Below, in pieces: positions 27,693-43,680 of a stretch of 64,000 nt of DNA. The stretch spans positions 248,001 to 312,000 of the forward strand of contig RSEE01000075.1 of assembly GCA_003971905.1 (NCBI GenBank). Direction: 5' to 3'. A program made the translations under genes and the position numbers. The DNA comes from Moniliella sp. 'wahieum'. Lineage: Eukaryota. Within the stretch, counting starts at the first letter, position 1. Each line of letters begins with the position of its first letter. The notes below the pieces were generated by a model. That model saw nothing but the letters and a program-made list of their open reading frames with translations, did not search any database and was not told where the DNA came from.

Positions 27693-27699
27693 TATATAA
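27693..27699 (+). promoter_or_regulatory. TATA box of the elongase gene
   Basis: TATATAA in GC-rich context ~190 nt upstream of the ATG, followed by a pyrimidine-rich leader. Confidence 0.55.
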
Positions 27700-27888
27700 G
27701 CGCCTGCGGCTCCCTCTTGTTTTGCTCCAGCCTTGCCCCCCTCTCTCCTCGCGCACCCACGTCTCCCTGTGCAACACCCCACGCTCTCTACCAGCAGCAC
27801 GTCTTTTACTTGTCCCCCCCCCACTCTTTGTCTCCTCCTGCTGTCTCCACGCGCGCATCCCCCTGCACCACCACCCCTAGCCACAGCC

Positions 27889-29074
27889 ATGTCCTTCCCC
27901 CTCGATCGCACCGACGGTGGCCTCCTCCACCGTCTCGCCGCCTTGCCCTACCCGCTTCGTCCCGCGGGGGTGCTGGTGCCCCAGAGTCTGTTTCAATGGT
28001 CCATGTCCGCTTGGACTCCGTCGCTGTTTGCCGTGGTGTACCTGCTGGCTGTGCGCTGGGCGAACCAGCGCCGCGCACGTGCCATCCACATGGGCACGCC
28101 CTTGCCCGACCTGATCAAGAACTCCTCCTTCCTCTCTCGTCTCGTTCTGCTCCACAACACCTTCCTCGCTCTTTTCCGGCTGGACCTTCTTTCACGCCGT
28201 CACCCGCATCATCCTTACTTTGTCAGCGGCATCAGCAGGGCGGCGCGCACGGTCTCCGCAACGCCTACTGCACTGTCCCCACCAACGACCCAGTCGGCTT
28301 GGGGCGGTACGTGTGGTTCTTCTATCTGAGCAAATACTACGAGGTTGTCGACTCGATCATCCTTGCTGCCAAGGGCAAAAAGGTGTCCAACCTACAAGCA
28401 TACCACCATGCCGGCGCGATTGCGGCCATGTGGTCAGGCACACGGTACAGGTACGTGTCGTCGCTTTGTCTTGTGCTTCCTCGCCATGCATGGGCATGGT
28501 TCGGGACCGACGGTTACTGACGCGGTACGTGTTGCGGCGGCACTGGGGGGGGGACAGCGCCAACGGCATTTGGATCTTCCTTTTGTTTAACAGTGGCATT
28601 CACACGATGATGTACTCGTACTTTACTCTGTCTACGCTCAAGTTTCCCGGGGCGGGTGCGTTAAAGCAGGCGATGACGACGGCGCAGATTGTGCAACTGT
28701 TTGTGGGAGGCATCATTGCATCGCTGTACCTGTTGGTACGCTACTCGCCATTTGCTTACCAAGGTGCCGCGCCATCCATTGGCCAAGCCCCCCTGAGCCA
28801 GGTAAGCCGCGGCGCATTTACCTATAGCTGGGACGCCGTTACCAACACCAGCCAAGGTGCTGCTGATGCGTACCATCGTCTGAGCCAGCTGCTCCTGTCC
28901 CCGATCCACGCGTCTCGTGCTGCGTGTCGACGGGCCAGGCGTTCGCAGTCGCGCTCAACGTCACCTACCTCGTCCCGCTCATCGTGCTCTTTGTTCGCTT
29001 CTACCTCCGCAGTTACCGCTACCCTGCAACAACCTTCAAGGCACACAACACGGCTGACTAAGTACAAGTACTAA
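27889..29074 (+). CDS. Fatty acid elongase, GNS1/SUR4 (ELO) family
   Basis: LHNTFLA, WFFYLSKYYEVVDS, LQAYHH, NSGIHTMMYSYF, MTTAQIVQ; intron starting ~28451. Confidence 0.9.
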
Positions 29075-30047
29075 CCCCCCATCTAGTACTCCCTTCAGTC
29101 CGCCAATTTTGTTCACGCCTTTTCCGTTCCGTTCATATACCCCCTCCACGTGCCACACCTGTCATGTGATCCCACCTTTTGACCCCCACTTGGGAAGGAC
29201 CAATGGAGGAACTGTGCAGGACCACCTGTTACCTACTATGCGTCGTATACCTCCACCATGCCGCTTCCTTCCTTGGTTATTCTTTGGGTTACCCTGCGGT
29301 GCCATCGGACATTGCATTGGTTTCCTGGCTTCCTGGCTTCCTGTTGTTACCGTCATGCAACCTCGCTCTCTTCCTTCATTTTTGTTGGTGCCTGACGGGC
29401 CACACACACAGGTCCCGCGGCTGTGCGGGTGACCCTGTTCTACATTGTCCTTGAAGCTTGACCCCTTTGTGTGTGTGTGTCTCATCATGCGTTGTTTACC
29501 GTGTGCTTGCTTCTCCTTTTCTTGTTCCTGTGGTACCCAAGGCACCGTTCCATGCAGCCTGAATATATGCCATCGGCATACAAAGCAATCCCCTTTCTTG
29601 AATGCGTTGGACCAATACACAGCAAATTGATGAAGAGCAAAGGAGATGTAATGCCTCGGGCGCTGTGAGCGCGTTGTATCGCTATGTAGTAGAGAGCGTC
29701 CGTCGTACAGCATGCTCTCAACTGGTGTGGTGGCGGATGCGTTCTCTGCGTGCGGCTCGTGTTTGGCGGTTATATACACCCAGGCGTATGTGGGACTACC
29801 CTTGTGGTGGCACGTGGAGGACGCACATCACCAGGACATCACACCTGTTCCTGTTTCCCCTGCGGCCGGCGGAATTTGGTGGGGTGCGGCCCGGGGCGGA
29901 ATGGGGGTGGCGCGGCGGGCGGTGCGGGAGCAGTGGCAGCGGAGCGCGGAAGCCAACCGAAGGCGGCCGCGGGCAGGAAACGAGCCGAGGAAGACCGCTG
30001 GGCGTCGCGTTCGCGTCTGCCGCTTCCGCTCCCCCCCACCATCCGCC

Positions 30048-31628
30048 ATGTCGGCCCCCATCTTTGCTGCCGAGGCCACCGAGGAGCGTGCTGAGAATGC
30101 GCGTCTGTCTAGCTTTGTGGGCGCCACGGCCCTGGGCGACCTGGTCAAGACGACGTCGGTCCCAAGGGCATGAACAAGATGCTGCAGTCCATCAGCTCCA
30201 ACAACAACAACGACATTGTCGTCACCAATGACGGTGCCACCATCCTTCGCTCCATCCACATCGACAATGCTGCCGCCAAGATCCTCGTCAACATCTCCAA
30301 GGTCCAGGATGACGAAGTCGGCGATGGAACCACGTCGGTCTGTGTCCTGGCCTCGGAGCTTCTGCGTGAGGCTGAGCGTCTGGTCGAGCGCCGCATTCAC
30401 CCCCAGACCATCGTCGATGGCTACCGGATTGCCTCCAAGGCCGCCTTGGCCAACTTGGATGCCCAGGCCCAGGACCACGCCAGTGACCCGGCTCTGTTCC
30501 GCAAGGACCTGCTCAACATTGCCCGCACGACCCTCAGCAGCAAGGTGCTGGCGGACGACCAGGACTACTTTGCCAAGCTGGCGGTGGAAGCCGTGCTGCG
30601 GCTCAAGGGCTCGACCAACTTGGAGCACATCCAGATCATCAAAAAGGTCGGTGGCAAGCTTACGGACAGTTTCCTGTCCGATGGGTTTATTCTCGACAAG
30701 AAGATGGCGCCGGGCGGACCCAAGGTGCTGCACGACGCCAACATTCTGATTGCCAACACCAGCATGGACACGGACAAGATCAAGGTGTTTGGTGCGCGGG
30801 TGCGGGTGGAAGGTACGGCGAAGCTGGCTGAGCTGGAGCGTGCCGAGCGGGACAAGATGCGCGCCAAGGTGGACCGGATCAAGGCGCATGGCATCAACTG
30901 CTTTGTCAACCGTCAGCTCATTTACAATTACCCCGAGTCGCTTCTTTCCGAGGCGGGGGTGATGAGCATTGAGCATGCCGACTTTGAAGGTGTGGAGCGT
31001 CTGGCTCTCGTCACTGGCGGCGAAATCGCCTCGACGTTTGACCGCCCCGATCTGGTGCGCCTCGGCCACTGCAAGACGATCGAGGAGATTATGATTGGGG
31101 AGGACAAACTGATTCGCTTCTCGGGCGTCGCGGCCGGGGAAGCGTGCACGGTGGTCTTGCGCGGTGCTACGACGCAGATGGTGGACGAAGCCGAACGTTC
31201 GCTGCACGATGCGCTCTCGGTGCTGTCGCAGACAGTGCAAGAGACGAGGATCGTATATGGTGGTGGATGCGCCGAGATGGGCATGTCAGCCGCCGTGGAC
31301 GAGGCGGCGGTGCGGGTCGAGGGCAAGAAAGCCTTGGCGGCCGAAGCGTTTGCCCGTGCGCTGCGCCAACTGCCACATCCTCGCTGACAATGCCGGTCTG
31401 GACTCGGCGGATCTGGTGGCGCGTCTGCGCGCTGCGCATGCCGCTGGCGACTCCACCGCGGGGTTGGACTTGGACCACGGCTGCGTAGCCAGCATGGTCG
31501 AGCGCGGCACGACCGAGTCTCACAAACTCAAGCGCCTCGTCGTCAACTCGGCCTCCGAGGCGGCAGAGATGGTGCTGCGCGTAGATGACATTCTCAAGGC
31601 CGCACCGCGCCAGAGGGATGCGCATTAA
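30048..31628 (+). CDS. CCT2: Chaperonin CCT/TRiC subunit beta
   Basis: [77 protein letters not shown]; two frameshifts. Confidence 0.97.
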
Positions 31629-33472
31629 CCCCTCCCCCCTCCCCCCTCCCCGGCTAATACGGATGATCTCGCATCATACTCCCTGGCCGCTCTGGTAGCC
31701 CCCGTGGCGGGCCGCTCGCGATGGCGCGCTTGCGGAACAAAACGAAACATAGTGTAGCCTAACGTAGCGTAGTCAGCGAGTGATTCTTTGGCCCACCTAC
31801 AGTGACAGACGTAGTGGGTGCGAGAAAGTCACAGCTAAAGCGAAAACCAACCCTCCTTTCTCTTCAGGATGGCAACGTAGGACCGTCCGATCTCCCATCT
31901 CCCATCTCCCATCGCCGCCCGAGCCACGGACACTGTAGCCCGACCCTCCCACCACCAGCACTTGCGGCCGAGGGTGCCGCCATGACACACGATGCATGAT
32001 GCTTGGCCAAGCTGGGGCACCATACAGCGGGGCACGGGTGTACGCGCCCGCCCCGTGGCCGCAGCGTGCCACACAGCGGCAAGGCTGCAAGGCCAACTGG
32101 GCGACGCTGGCGGCGCAGGCAAAGCAGGTGGGTCATTGGACGTTGGACGTTGGAGGCTGGAGCAACCAAGGTGAAGCGCTCAGTGCTCAGTCACAGTGAA
32201 CTATTTTACTAAGTAAATTTCCCCTGTTGAGCTCCCATCGTCGCCGACCGCCTGGGTTGGCATCCCTCCCATAGGGCTCGGCTGCGCACTGGGACGCTCA
32301 TTATGAATGACGGACGTGGGGGGCACAGTCTGTTGGGCGCGGCGCGCGGACATGCAGTGGCCCCGGATCGATCACCAGGATCGATAATGGATACTCTCCC
32401 GCCGGTGGCGTTAGTCGGTCAACCGAACCTACCCACCGTCCGTCCAATCCCACCCGCCATCCATCCCGGCCCATCCAAACCAATGACCAAGCACGCCCCG
32501 TCGGGCTGCAGCAGCCTCAGCGTCTTTAGTTGTCAAGCCATGGTAGTCGGCTTGGGCCGCTTTGGCCGTCGCGCAACCAACACCTCGTCAACGTGGAATG
32601 TGGATCGTTGATGGATGGCGCTGGCAAGTAACTCTCAGTGTCCCCGCAGTGGTGCGTCGGCCGTCGCCCCCTGGCCTGTACTCCGTCCCATGGATCCTTG
32701 GTGCACGCTTCTCCCCTTGTCCCCGGGCAACCACACCGTCCCACTATGTGCGTGGTGCGCATCCGCTTTGATGCGAGGGTCTATACAGTGGTAACATGAG
32801 ATGGAGATGGAGATGGGGGAAAGGATGAGGACCATATTCATCGCTTCAATGGAAAGAGGGCGAGGTATATATGCCTCAGAGAGAGAACATGCGAGCTGAG
32901 TCACACGCAGGAAGAAGGGGAGCCTAGTCAAAAAGGGGGAAAACAGGGTCTGGAACAAATCAGGGACCAGTCAACTTGGTGACAAACGGTGAGCAAGTGG
33001 GGCTGATCCCGACAAAGGGGTTGGGGGCTGGGCGAGCACAATGCGATTGCGTTTTGTAGGTGCTTTTTGGTACAAGGGCAGTCGCAACGGGCGTTCCTTG
33101 CGTTGCTCTGAGCGAACGGCGCAGGCTGAACGTTGAAGTTAACGTTGAGTGAGCACGTTGAGCGCTGCGCATGCGTGCACTGGCCACGTGACCCATCGCC
33201 GGCCCAACGCATACTGGTCCGGATGAGACGCCGAGCGTCGGACGGAATGATGGATCCAAGGAGTAATGGGACGGATGGCTTGGTGGGGACGCTGTGACGC
33301 GCTCTGCGTGACGCGGGACACCCACCAGGCCTGGGCGGCGCAGTGCCGGCAGCCGCAGCCGGCCGCAGCGGATGCTTGTGTCCGGCATCTGATCTCTGAT
33401 TGGTACGGGCAGGTTGTGCGTGCTGTCGTTGTGAATGCCGTTCTTCGACCCGACCATCCCGCCCTGCCCGCC

Positions 33473-35720
<2,248 letters not shown>

Positions 35721-36213
35721 TGACCTCGTATGTTGGGGGCGGTGAGAGGCAGCGACTGCTGAAGGAGCGCACCTGGTGGCCGCGGGGGGGACAAAGCGGT
35801 AGGGCCTACTAATCGCAGGAGGTAGAGCCCGCTCCCATGGGTATCCAAGCATGGTGTGACAGTCGCACAGGACGCGTGACGGGTGATAGGCCCAGGCACC
35901 GCCACCTTTGAACATTGTACCCCGCCCGCGCTGCTGCCCCATGGGCCAGGCGGAATTGGCGCGCGGGGCGAGGCGCTGCGGAATTGATAAGGCACATGGA
36001 CACGGGAGACTGGGGTGGTGCCGGCGCTCAATCGCGTGGCAATGGGACAGTGGCGTTCGCTTGGGCCTCCCTCCTGCGGCGGACGGGCTGCGGACCTCCT
36101 CCTCTCCTCACGCCTCACCTCACACTTGCGCCTGCGACGGGGATCGGGATTGGCGTTGCGCACACGGCTGCTGCTCTCGCTTCCTGTCTTCTGCCTCTGG
36201 CGTTTTGCCCAAG

Positions 36214-37845
36214 ATGATGAAGGCTCTCATGGGCGACTCGAAGCCCCACTCGGCCGTCACCCAGCTCATTGACACCCTCTGCTCCGACCACGTACGTCCC
36301 CCCTTCCCCCCGGCCTTGGCCCTGTCTCCTCTGACTCTCTGCGCGGCTCCTTCCCGTCTTTAGTTTGGCGATGACGACATTGATGGTGTGCCTGAGCTGG
36401 TCACTGCCATCAACCTCCAGTCCACCGGCCCCACCGAGGCCGCGCGTGCGCTGCGCAAGAAGCTCAAGTACGGCTCGGTCCACAACCAAGTGCGTGCGTT
36501 GACCCTGATGGGGTTCCTGGTGGACAATGGCAACCGGCGCTTCCGCCAAACGTTCCTGGACCCGATGCTGGAAGAACGGATTGTGATGGTTGCGCAGGAC
36601 GAGATGGTGGATGCACGGGTACGCAGGCGGCTCCTGCGTCTGTTGGCCCAGTGGGCGAGGGAGCTGAAGGACGACCCGCACGCCACCTCGCTCGCTTCAC
36701 TGTACCGCCGCGCTGGTGGCGGCCAGCCGTCGCGCGCTGCGCAGCAGGAGCGCCTGGAACGCCAACGCGCCGAGGCGGCGGAACAAGCACGACGGGACAA
36801 GGAACTGGACCGGGCTCGGGCGCTGCGGGCCAAGCAAGAGAAGCAGGATTGGAAGGTGGCCCAACGTGCTCAACGAGAGGAGGAGCAACGTTCGGCCCAG
36901 TCGTCTCGGAGGAAATTCAACTTGGCACAAGAGAAGCCACAGATCATGAGCTCGGTGGGCTTGGCGCAGCAGTACTCTACCGCCCTGGTCAATGCGCTGC
37001 AGCTCGTCAATCGCGAAGAAGAGTCGGTGCGTCAGAACGCCAAGGTGCAGCAGTATCTGGGCAAAGTCAAGCAGGAACGCAAGCGGGTCGTGCGGTACAT
37101 CCAGCTGGTGCAGGACGAGGAGTTTATCGGCACACTGATTGCTGCCAATGAACAGATCATCCTCGCGCTCGAGCTGTACGACAAGTTGTCCAAGTCGGCC
37201 GAACACGATTCGGACGAGGAGGGTGTGCTGGGCGAGTTGCGTGGCCAAGAGGCGGTGGACGCACAACTTCGTGAGCAAGACGCTGAAATCGAGGCGGTGC
37301 GACAACGCTTGGTGCGCGCTCGTTTCGATCCCGATGGCGAGATTGCTCAATTGCAGGAACAGCAACGCCGTGGCATTGAGCGCCACAACTCGAGCAATGC
37401 CAGTCGGGGTGCGAGCCGGGGTGCGCCGGGCAGTGCCATGGCCGATCTGCTCGACCTCGATTTCGATTCGGCCGATTCGCCCCACTCGCGCTCGCGTCCG
37501 CTCCAACCACGCCGCATGTCGCCCGATAGCTATGGGTACAGTGATGAGGACTTGGCTGATGCCGAGGTGGCCATGGCCAGTGCCTCGGGAAGCCGCAGCC
37601 GCTTTGCTCGCCCGCTTGACGACGACGACGACGATGCCGACTCGATCTACTATACCCGGCGTCCGCAGATCGGACCGCGGTATGCTTCCTCGTTCTTGTC
37701 GGACGAGGCGGAGGAGGATGAAGATGCGCCCCGCCGTGCCCCGGCCGCGGGGGCCGAGGATGATGATGGCTTTGATCCCTTTGCCGACCCCGAGGGCGCC
37801 GTTCCCCAGGCCCGCCCGGCGCGCCAGACGTTTGCGGCGGTTTAA
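36214..37845 (+). CDS. VHS-GAT domain endocytic adaptor, LSB5-like
   Basis: KPHSAVT..ID (exon 1; intron 36292-36363), INLQSTGPTEAARALRKKLKYG, RYIQLV..EEFIGTLIAANEQI..AL..YD, acidic tail with DPFAD. Confidence 0.85.
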
Positions 37846-38308
37846 CTGGGCCGGGGCCCCGGCGCTTGGTGGGTGCGTTGCTCTTGTGTTTGTGTAAACG
37901 ATCCTACGAATGCCCTTGGAAGCGCTGCATGCGCACCCTGTGGAGGCGAGGTCTGAGGCGCCCCGGGCGAGCTGGCGGGCCAAGAGGGGCACTGTGTAAG
38001 AACAGAGTAGCTGTGGATGGTACTCGTCGGCTGACGCTGGTGGCTCGTGCGCGTCCCAGACACCCACACGCAACGTAGCAGCCAGGCCGCCGCAGAGCAT
38101 TGCAACGTTGAAACATACAGACCGCCGTGGCTCCGTTCAATGTTGAATGTTGAATGTTGCAATGCCCCGTGCCACGCCCCCCGCGGCAGAGCGGAATGCG
38201 CCGGCAATTCCGGCACTGCGCCCGCTGGCAGCCAGCAAAGAAGCCCACAAGAAGAAACCCAGCAGCCCCCAGCCACACGCCCCCGCCGTCCCCACCGCCT
38301 GCCCCGCC

Positions 38309-40783
38309 ATGCTGCTTGCTGCGCGTGCCCTCGTCCGGCGGGCAGCGCGTCCGCACGCATATGCGGCTCTGCGCACCTCCGCCTCGCTCGCCTTCACCCC
38401 CGACATGGCCGCCGCCTCCGAGGCCGAACCCCAGCGGTGCGCGCCTCCGCCCCCCAACCCCCGCCTGCGTCCTCGGCCGCCGCGCCGCAGCCCCCGAGCA
38501 CAGCTGGACCAACCACCCCTCGATCAGCCCCCTGATTCAAGCCGAGCATCCTGACTCGCTTCCGTCCCAGCTGCGCGCGTGGGACCGCGAGCGCCGCGAG
38601 CGTCTCCGCCAGCGCAGCCTCTACGCCGGCAAGCACGCCATCCAACTCACGCCTACTGGCCGGCGCAAAATCCTCCTCCCCCCCGCCCCGTCCCCTGCCT
38701 TGCACGCTCCCTCTTCCGACGTGGCCCAGCGTGCCGCCCAGAAACTCACGGATGCACTTGCGGCGCCTGCGCTGGCCAACGACCATGCCGCTCACAATGC
38801 CCTATGGGAGCTCTACCTCGCCTCGTCCTACCTTGTTCCTGCCCAGCAAGTCCGCGCGACCAGCGCCGCTGCAGCCGACATTCTTCTCGAACCGCGAAGG
38901 CGGAAATATCTGGTCGAGTCGGTTGCAGGGCATGAGGAGACACAAGACGACGACGCATCGTTGGACATGATGCAGACGGACGAAGGAAGCGGTGCCAAGC
39001 TGCGTGTTTCCACTCTGTCTGTCGACGTGCTGGCTCAACTCGTTGAGCGTCTTGCTCCGAAACCCATGGCCAAGAGCCAGGCCGGATCGTTCAACATGTA
39101 CCCGGTTGTCAAGCGGTACACTCGTCGTGCGCTGGCGCTTTTGGCGCAGGTGCGGGCCCAACGAGCGTTTGGCGGCGCGTTTGCTGCTACCATCGTTCCT
39201 GGTAGCCAAGAACATCCCGCCCTTCCTCCCCCCAATCTCAAGGCCATTCTCACCGTGTTGAAATGGGCCCAGGCGCAAACCCAAGCCGAGGTGGTGGATG
39301 ACGTTCTTTTCTTCTCCGACTCGTCCCGCAGGGGACCCAAGTCGCCGAAGTACAAGAGGCCGTTCGGATGGTCCTCTACCTTCTCTCCCGACGAGCAGCG
39401 CATGATGCCGTCTTCCTCTCTGCGCGGCAATGCGAGCGAGGCCAGCCGCGGCGCGGGTTTGTATGGGACGCAGCGAAGTGGAATGCGACCGAGACGGTCT
39501 GTGCGGGGTTGGGGGAAGATGCGTTGGCCGTCTTGTCGTACCATGGGATCCGGCCTTCTCTGGCAACCGCACTGGAGGCAACCAAGCTCTTTGCCCGCAC
39601 CACGCGTCTGGACCAGGTGGTGAGGTTGTTACGCGAGCACTGGAACGTGGACCTGATGCGACCCGACTTGCCTCTGCAAAGCGCCGATGTGCCGCCGGTT
39701 CCGACTGACTTGTTCAACACGATCCTGTTTGCCTGGGGCAACAGTTGCCCGTTTCCGAGATGGTCGCCGCGTTTTACACCCTCACCGAACCTTTGACCAC
39801 TGCTTCGCCCGCTTCGGCCTACCGCTCGGTTTCGAACGACGCCGAACTGGACTTTAGCGATACGGGCGAGGACTTCCCACCGGAGACGGGCGCCGGATTG
39901 CGGCCGGCCGTGGTGCCGGACATGTCGTCGTACGAGACAATGGTGCACCACATGGTCAACCCCATCAAGGGCAAACGGTACCAAGGCCGACAGGGCATGT
40001 GGACCGCGTTGCTGCCCCGTGCACGTGTGCTGGAGACGTTTGAGATGGAACAGCGTCGGCGCTCGCGGGGTCCTACACGCTCTTGCTCCAGGTCGTGCTG
40101 GACCAAGTGCTGGACCAAGCCGCGCACCGTGCATCCGAATCGCGCAAACGGCTACTTACCATCTTGGCCATTGAGCGCAGACCCGTCGCGCTGCGCCAGG
40201 CAGGCATCCAACCTGCCGACTTGGTGCTCTATGCTCCGCAAGTGGAAACTGCTGCTACCAACCAAGCGCCTGCTGCGCTGGGTGCTCCATCTGGCCCAGG
40301 ACCGCGGACGCTCCTCGCTGATCCGCTACCTGCTGGCACACACTGCGCGCTGGTCCGACCTGCTCCAGGGCGAAGAAACGTTCCTGCGCGCGGCGGTGCA
40401 GCAAGTATCGCACCCTGCGCTGCATGCGCACTTTACCGCGCTAGCCGACGCGCACACTGCGCCGCTCGCTGTTGTGCGCTCCGTCACGGGCCAGTTGACC
40501 AAAAAGCTCCACGCCGTGCAGAACAAGAAACGACGCTCGGCCACGGCGGATGTCTCGTCCAACTTGCCTGACGCGGACGCCAAGGCAGTCCTCGGCCGAC
40601 GCCTACGGCGCCGAGCTCGCCTCGCCCACTTCCATCCAGTTTGTGGATCTGGGCGAGGTCAAGACGGAGCGCGTGGTGACGCGCGAACGCAAGTTGCGCG
40701 GCAAGGAGCGCCGCGCCGCCGAACGGGCCCTGGTCGAGGCACGGCACGAGGAGATGCAGGAGCGCTGGAAGCGCGGTGGGTAG
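38309..40783 (+). CDS. Probable mitochondrial helical-repeat protein (weak resemblance to AEP2/ATP13-type)
   Basis: Arg/Ala-rich presequence-like start MLLAARALVRRAARP; long frameshifted coding region; segment LLREHWNVD...P..LFNTILFAWGN loosely recalls ATP13-type domains. Confidence 0.45.
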
Positions 40784-42240
40784 ATGGGTTGGCGCCTCCT
40801 AGGCTGAGCTGGGCGCGGGGTGGGGGGGGCGGACTGCTCTCCCCAAGGCCCGGGGGAGGGGTGGGCATAGGCATAGCATGATAAATGCTTGCCGTGGGGT
40901 ACACAGCCCCTGCCCCCCCCCCCCACGTCGCCATCATATCATGCGTGCGCTGCGGATCTAGCCATGGCTGCGCTTCCAACGGACTTTTTAATGCAGTAGC
41001 ACCACCCCCCATAATCCAATTCGCGCCGGTCTGCTGGACCGCTCAGCGCTCCTCTCAGCCTGAGAACACATCCCACGGCGGAGTGGCATGATGCTTATAG
41101 ACTGGTGCAGGCGGCCGTGGCGGACAGAAGGCAGTGCGTGTAGGATGGCTATAGCCCATCTCGGCCTGATCAAGCTGATCAACGACTGGGGGAGCATGTC
41201 CACGCTCTTGGCGACGGTAGGCGTCATCATCACGAGGTGTTGGCTGTGGAGGTGCAGCGGGCGAGGGACACTGCCGAGATGCGAGATGGGGCGCCGCTGC
41301 GGTGCTGGCCAGCTGGCGCAGGGCCTCTGCCTCTGTCCCGGTGCCTTGGGAAAAAGTCCCCGACAAAGCTGTACGCCGCAAGCGGGATGATCGATGATCG
41401 ATGAACGTAACGTGGACGTAACGTACACCGCGCTGACCGAGCAACGGAATTCTGCTTTTCTTACTAGGCAGCCTTGAGCTGAACTCAGCCGCTGCACCAG
41501 GCCCTGGCCTCAGTCTCACGCCCGCCATTGCTTATTCCGCAATCGATAACCACTCGCCTCCCATGTTTGCGAATGGAGAGTGTGCTCGCCTGGCTATGCG
41601 CGCTCTGATCTCGCTATTTGCCCATGGACGCCTGCTGCCAGCAGAGCGTCTGCCTCGTCCAATTGCCTGCGCGGGAGGAATGGCGTTTCGGCCGGGCTAT
41701 CTGGACGGATTCAGATCATGCATTCCGACGCCTATCCTATCACCGTCTCCGATCGCCACACTTTTCCGCCCCTGCAGGCGCATGCCGCATGCCTTGGCGC
41801 CCCCGCATCAGGGTTGGGGTTGGGGCTGGCGGGCATAGTAGGGTTCCCTATTTTTGGTTCTGAGATCTGAGAATCCGACACTGTGGAGGGGGTCATGCAT
41901 GCGCTGCGGAATCATGCACTGAGGGGCTGGCAGGGCGGCGCTGTCCACGCCACACCTGGGGCGACATGCGATGCGGACGGCGGTATGTGATGAAGCGGTG
42001 ACAGGTGCGGTGTGCGTGCTGCTGGTGCGTGCGGCGGCGGCCGGCGTGGCTGAAACCAGCGGCGGCGTGGATTGGTAAGGCCAAGGTGTGGTCCACCAAG
42101 CCCACGGCCAGCCCAGCCAGCCATATCCTCACGCCCGACCCCCGTCCCTCCGCCTCAGCCCCGGCCGCAGCCCCAGCCGCAGCCCCTCGCCCGCGGCCAC
42201 CACCCTTCTTGTCTGTGTGCCGCTCTGCGCACGCTGCCCC

Positions 42241-43680
42241 ATGCCGCTGCTGGATCTCGCCAAGACGCGCGCCTCCGAGGCCGCGCTCGCTGTCAAATCG
42301 CACACCGTCTCCGAGCCTCCATCGAGCCACCGGACAGGCTATGCGGCGGCGGCCCAGCACGCCATGAACAGCCGCCGCCCCAAATATGTCCATGCGCACC
42401 AACACAGTCTTGCTGGCCATCCCACCTCGCCGCTTGCCGCCGACCCAGCCATGCAGGTCGACCCGTCCCTCAGGGCGCTCGCCTCCCACACCTCCACCTC
42501 GGTCTCCACCCATGCTTTTCCGCCCAGCAGTGACGCTGCCTTGACCCGCAAGGCACAAAATCGGCATGCCCAGCGCGAATTCCGCCAGCGCAAACAGGAA
42601 TACATTCGCGCGCTCGAGTGTCGCGTCGACCTGCTCTCCTCGCCGCCGGCGACCCAACTCCATCGGCTGCGCTGGCTGCTGCGCCAACTGATGCTGGAGA
42701 ATGCCGAGTTGCGGGTCCTGTTGGGTGTGATCGGCTCGCATGTGGCAAGCGATGGCGTCGGAGGGTTTTTGGGCGCACACGAAAACGTTCGGACCGAATT
42801 GGAACGGTTTGTGTACAATCCGTCGGAACAACGCGCTTTGACGGTGTGGGACCCACATTCGGACGACAACGATGGCTCACTCGCGCTGCATGCGCTGCGT
42901 GCCCAGTCCCAACTCCCTCCAGAAGCGTCCTTGGTCCCCGTCCAACCCGGCCACCATCCGCCTCTGCCCACCTTGCCCACACTCCTTTTGTCCCCGCACA
43001 ATAAGCGCAAACGCTCGGCGTCCGACTGCAAGATGGACCAAACCAGGTTAAAACGCAGTGCCAGTCTACGACCGTCTCCCGACGCAGGCTCGTCGGACAC
43101 GGCTGAACAGAACAAAGTGGTCTCTACCACGCGCGCCAATCCCTCTTCCTCGGCTCCATCCGCACCCGCATCCGCATCCACATCCACCCCCTCCGTTCCG
43201 GCTGCCGCCCTGCCTCTATCAAATTTCGGCATACCATCTTGGGCCCCCATTGCCCCCCCCTTGCCCGGCCCAACCGGACCCTGTTGGTCCGACGACATGA
43301 TACCACCTCCCCTGACGCTCGCACACCCACCGCCAAAGCGGCCGAGCCCAGTACGGCGTCGTTCCCCCCCCTGGGCAGGAGAACAACGTGGCCTTGGCCG
43401 CGATGTATCGAGAGAGCATTGGCCTGGCCCAGCGGACCCGCCCTCAGGCTTCTTCGCCTACCCCCAGTTTGGCCCGCATCTTCGCCCCCGACTCAAGACA
43501 GGGCACAGGACGCGTGCCCCGTCTCGTCCTCGTCTCGGCCCGCAAGGGTCGAGGGAAAGCAGCCCGTCCCACCCTTTGGAAGGTACCCGAGTACCTCGCC
43601 ATGCCCGTCTCTCCCTCGCAGTGGTCCTGATCGATGACCCTGGTCTCCTCCACGGTCCATAATCCACTTGATGAAAGGTG
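42241..43680 (+). CDS. bZIP transcription factor (Yap/AP-1-like basic region)
   Basis: RKAQNRHAQREFRQRKQEYIRALECRV followed by a Leu-rich zipper within ORF 42088..43662; start and end approximate. Confidence 0.85.

Noticed and set aside
29828..31240. Long antisense ORFs (e.g. 470 aa opposite CCT2, 467 aa opposite the LSB5-like gene)
   Set aside because: Expected shadow ORFs of GC-rich, codon-biased genes; no motifs of their own.
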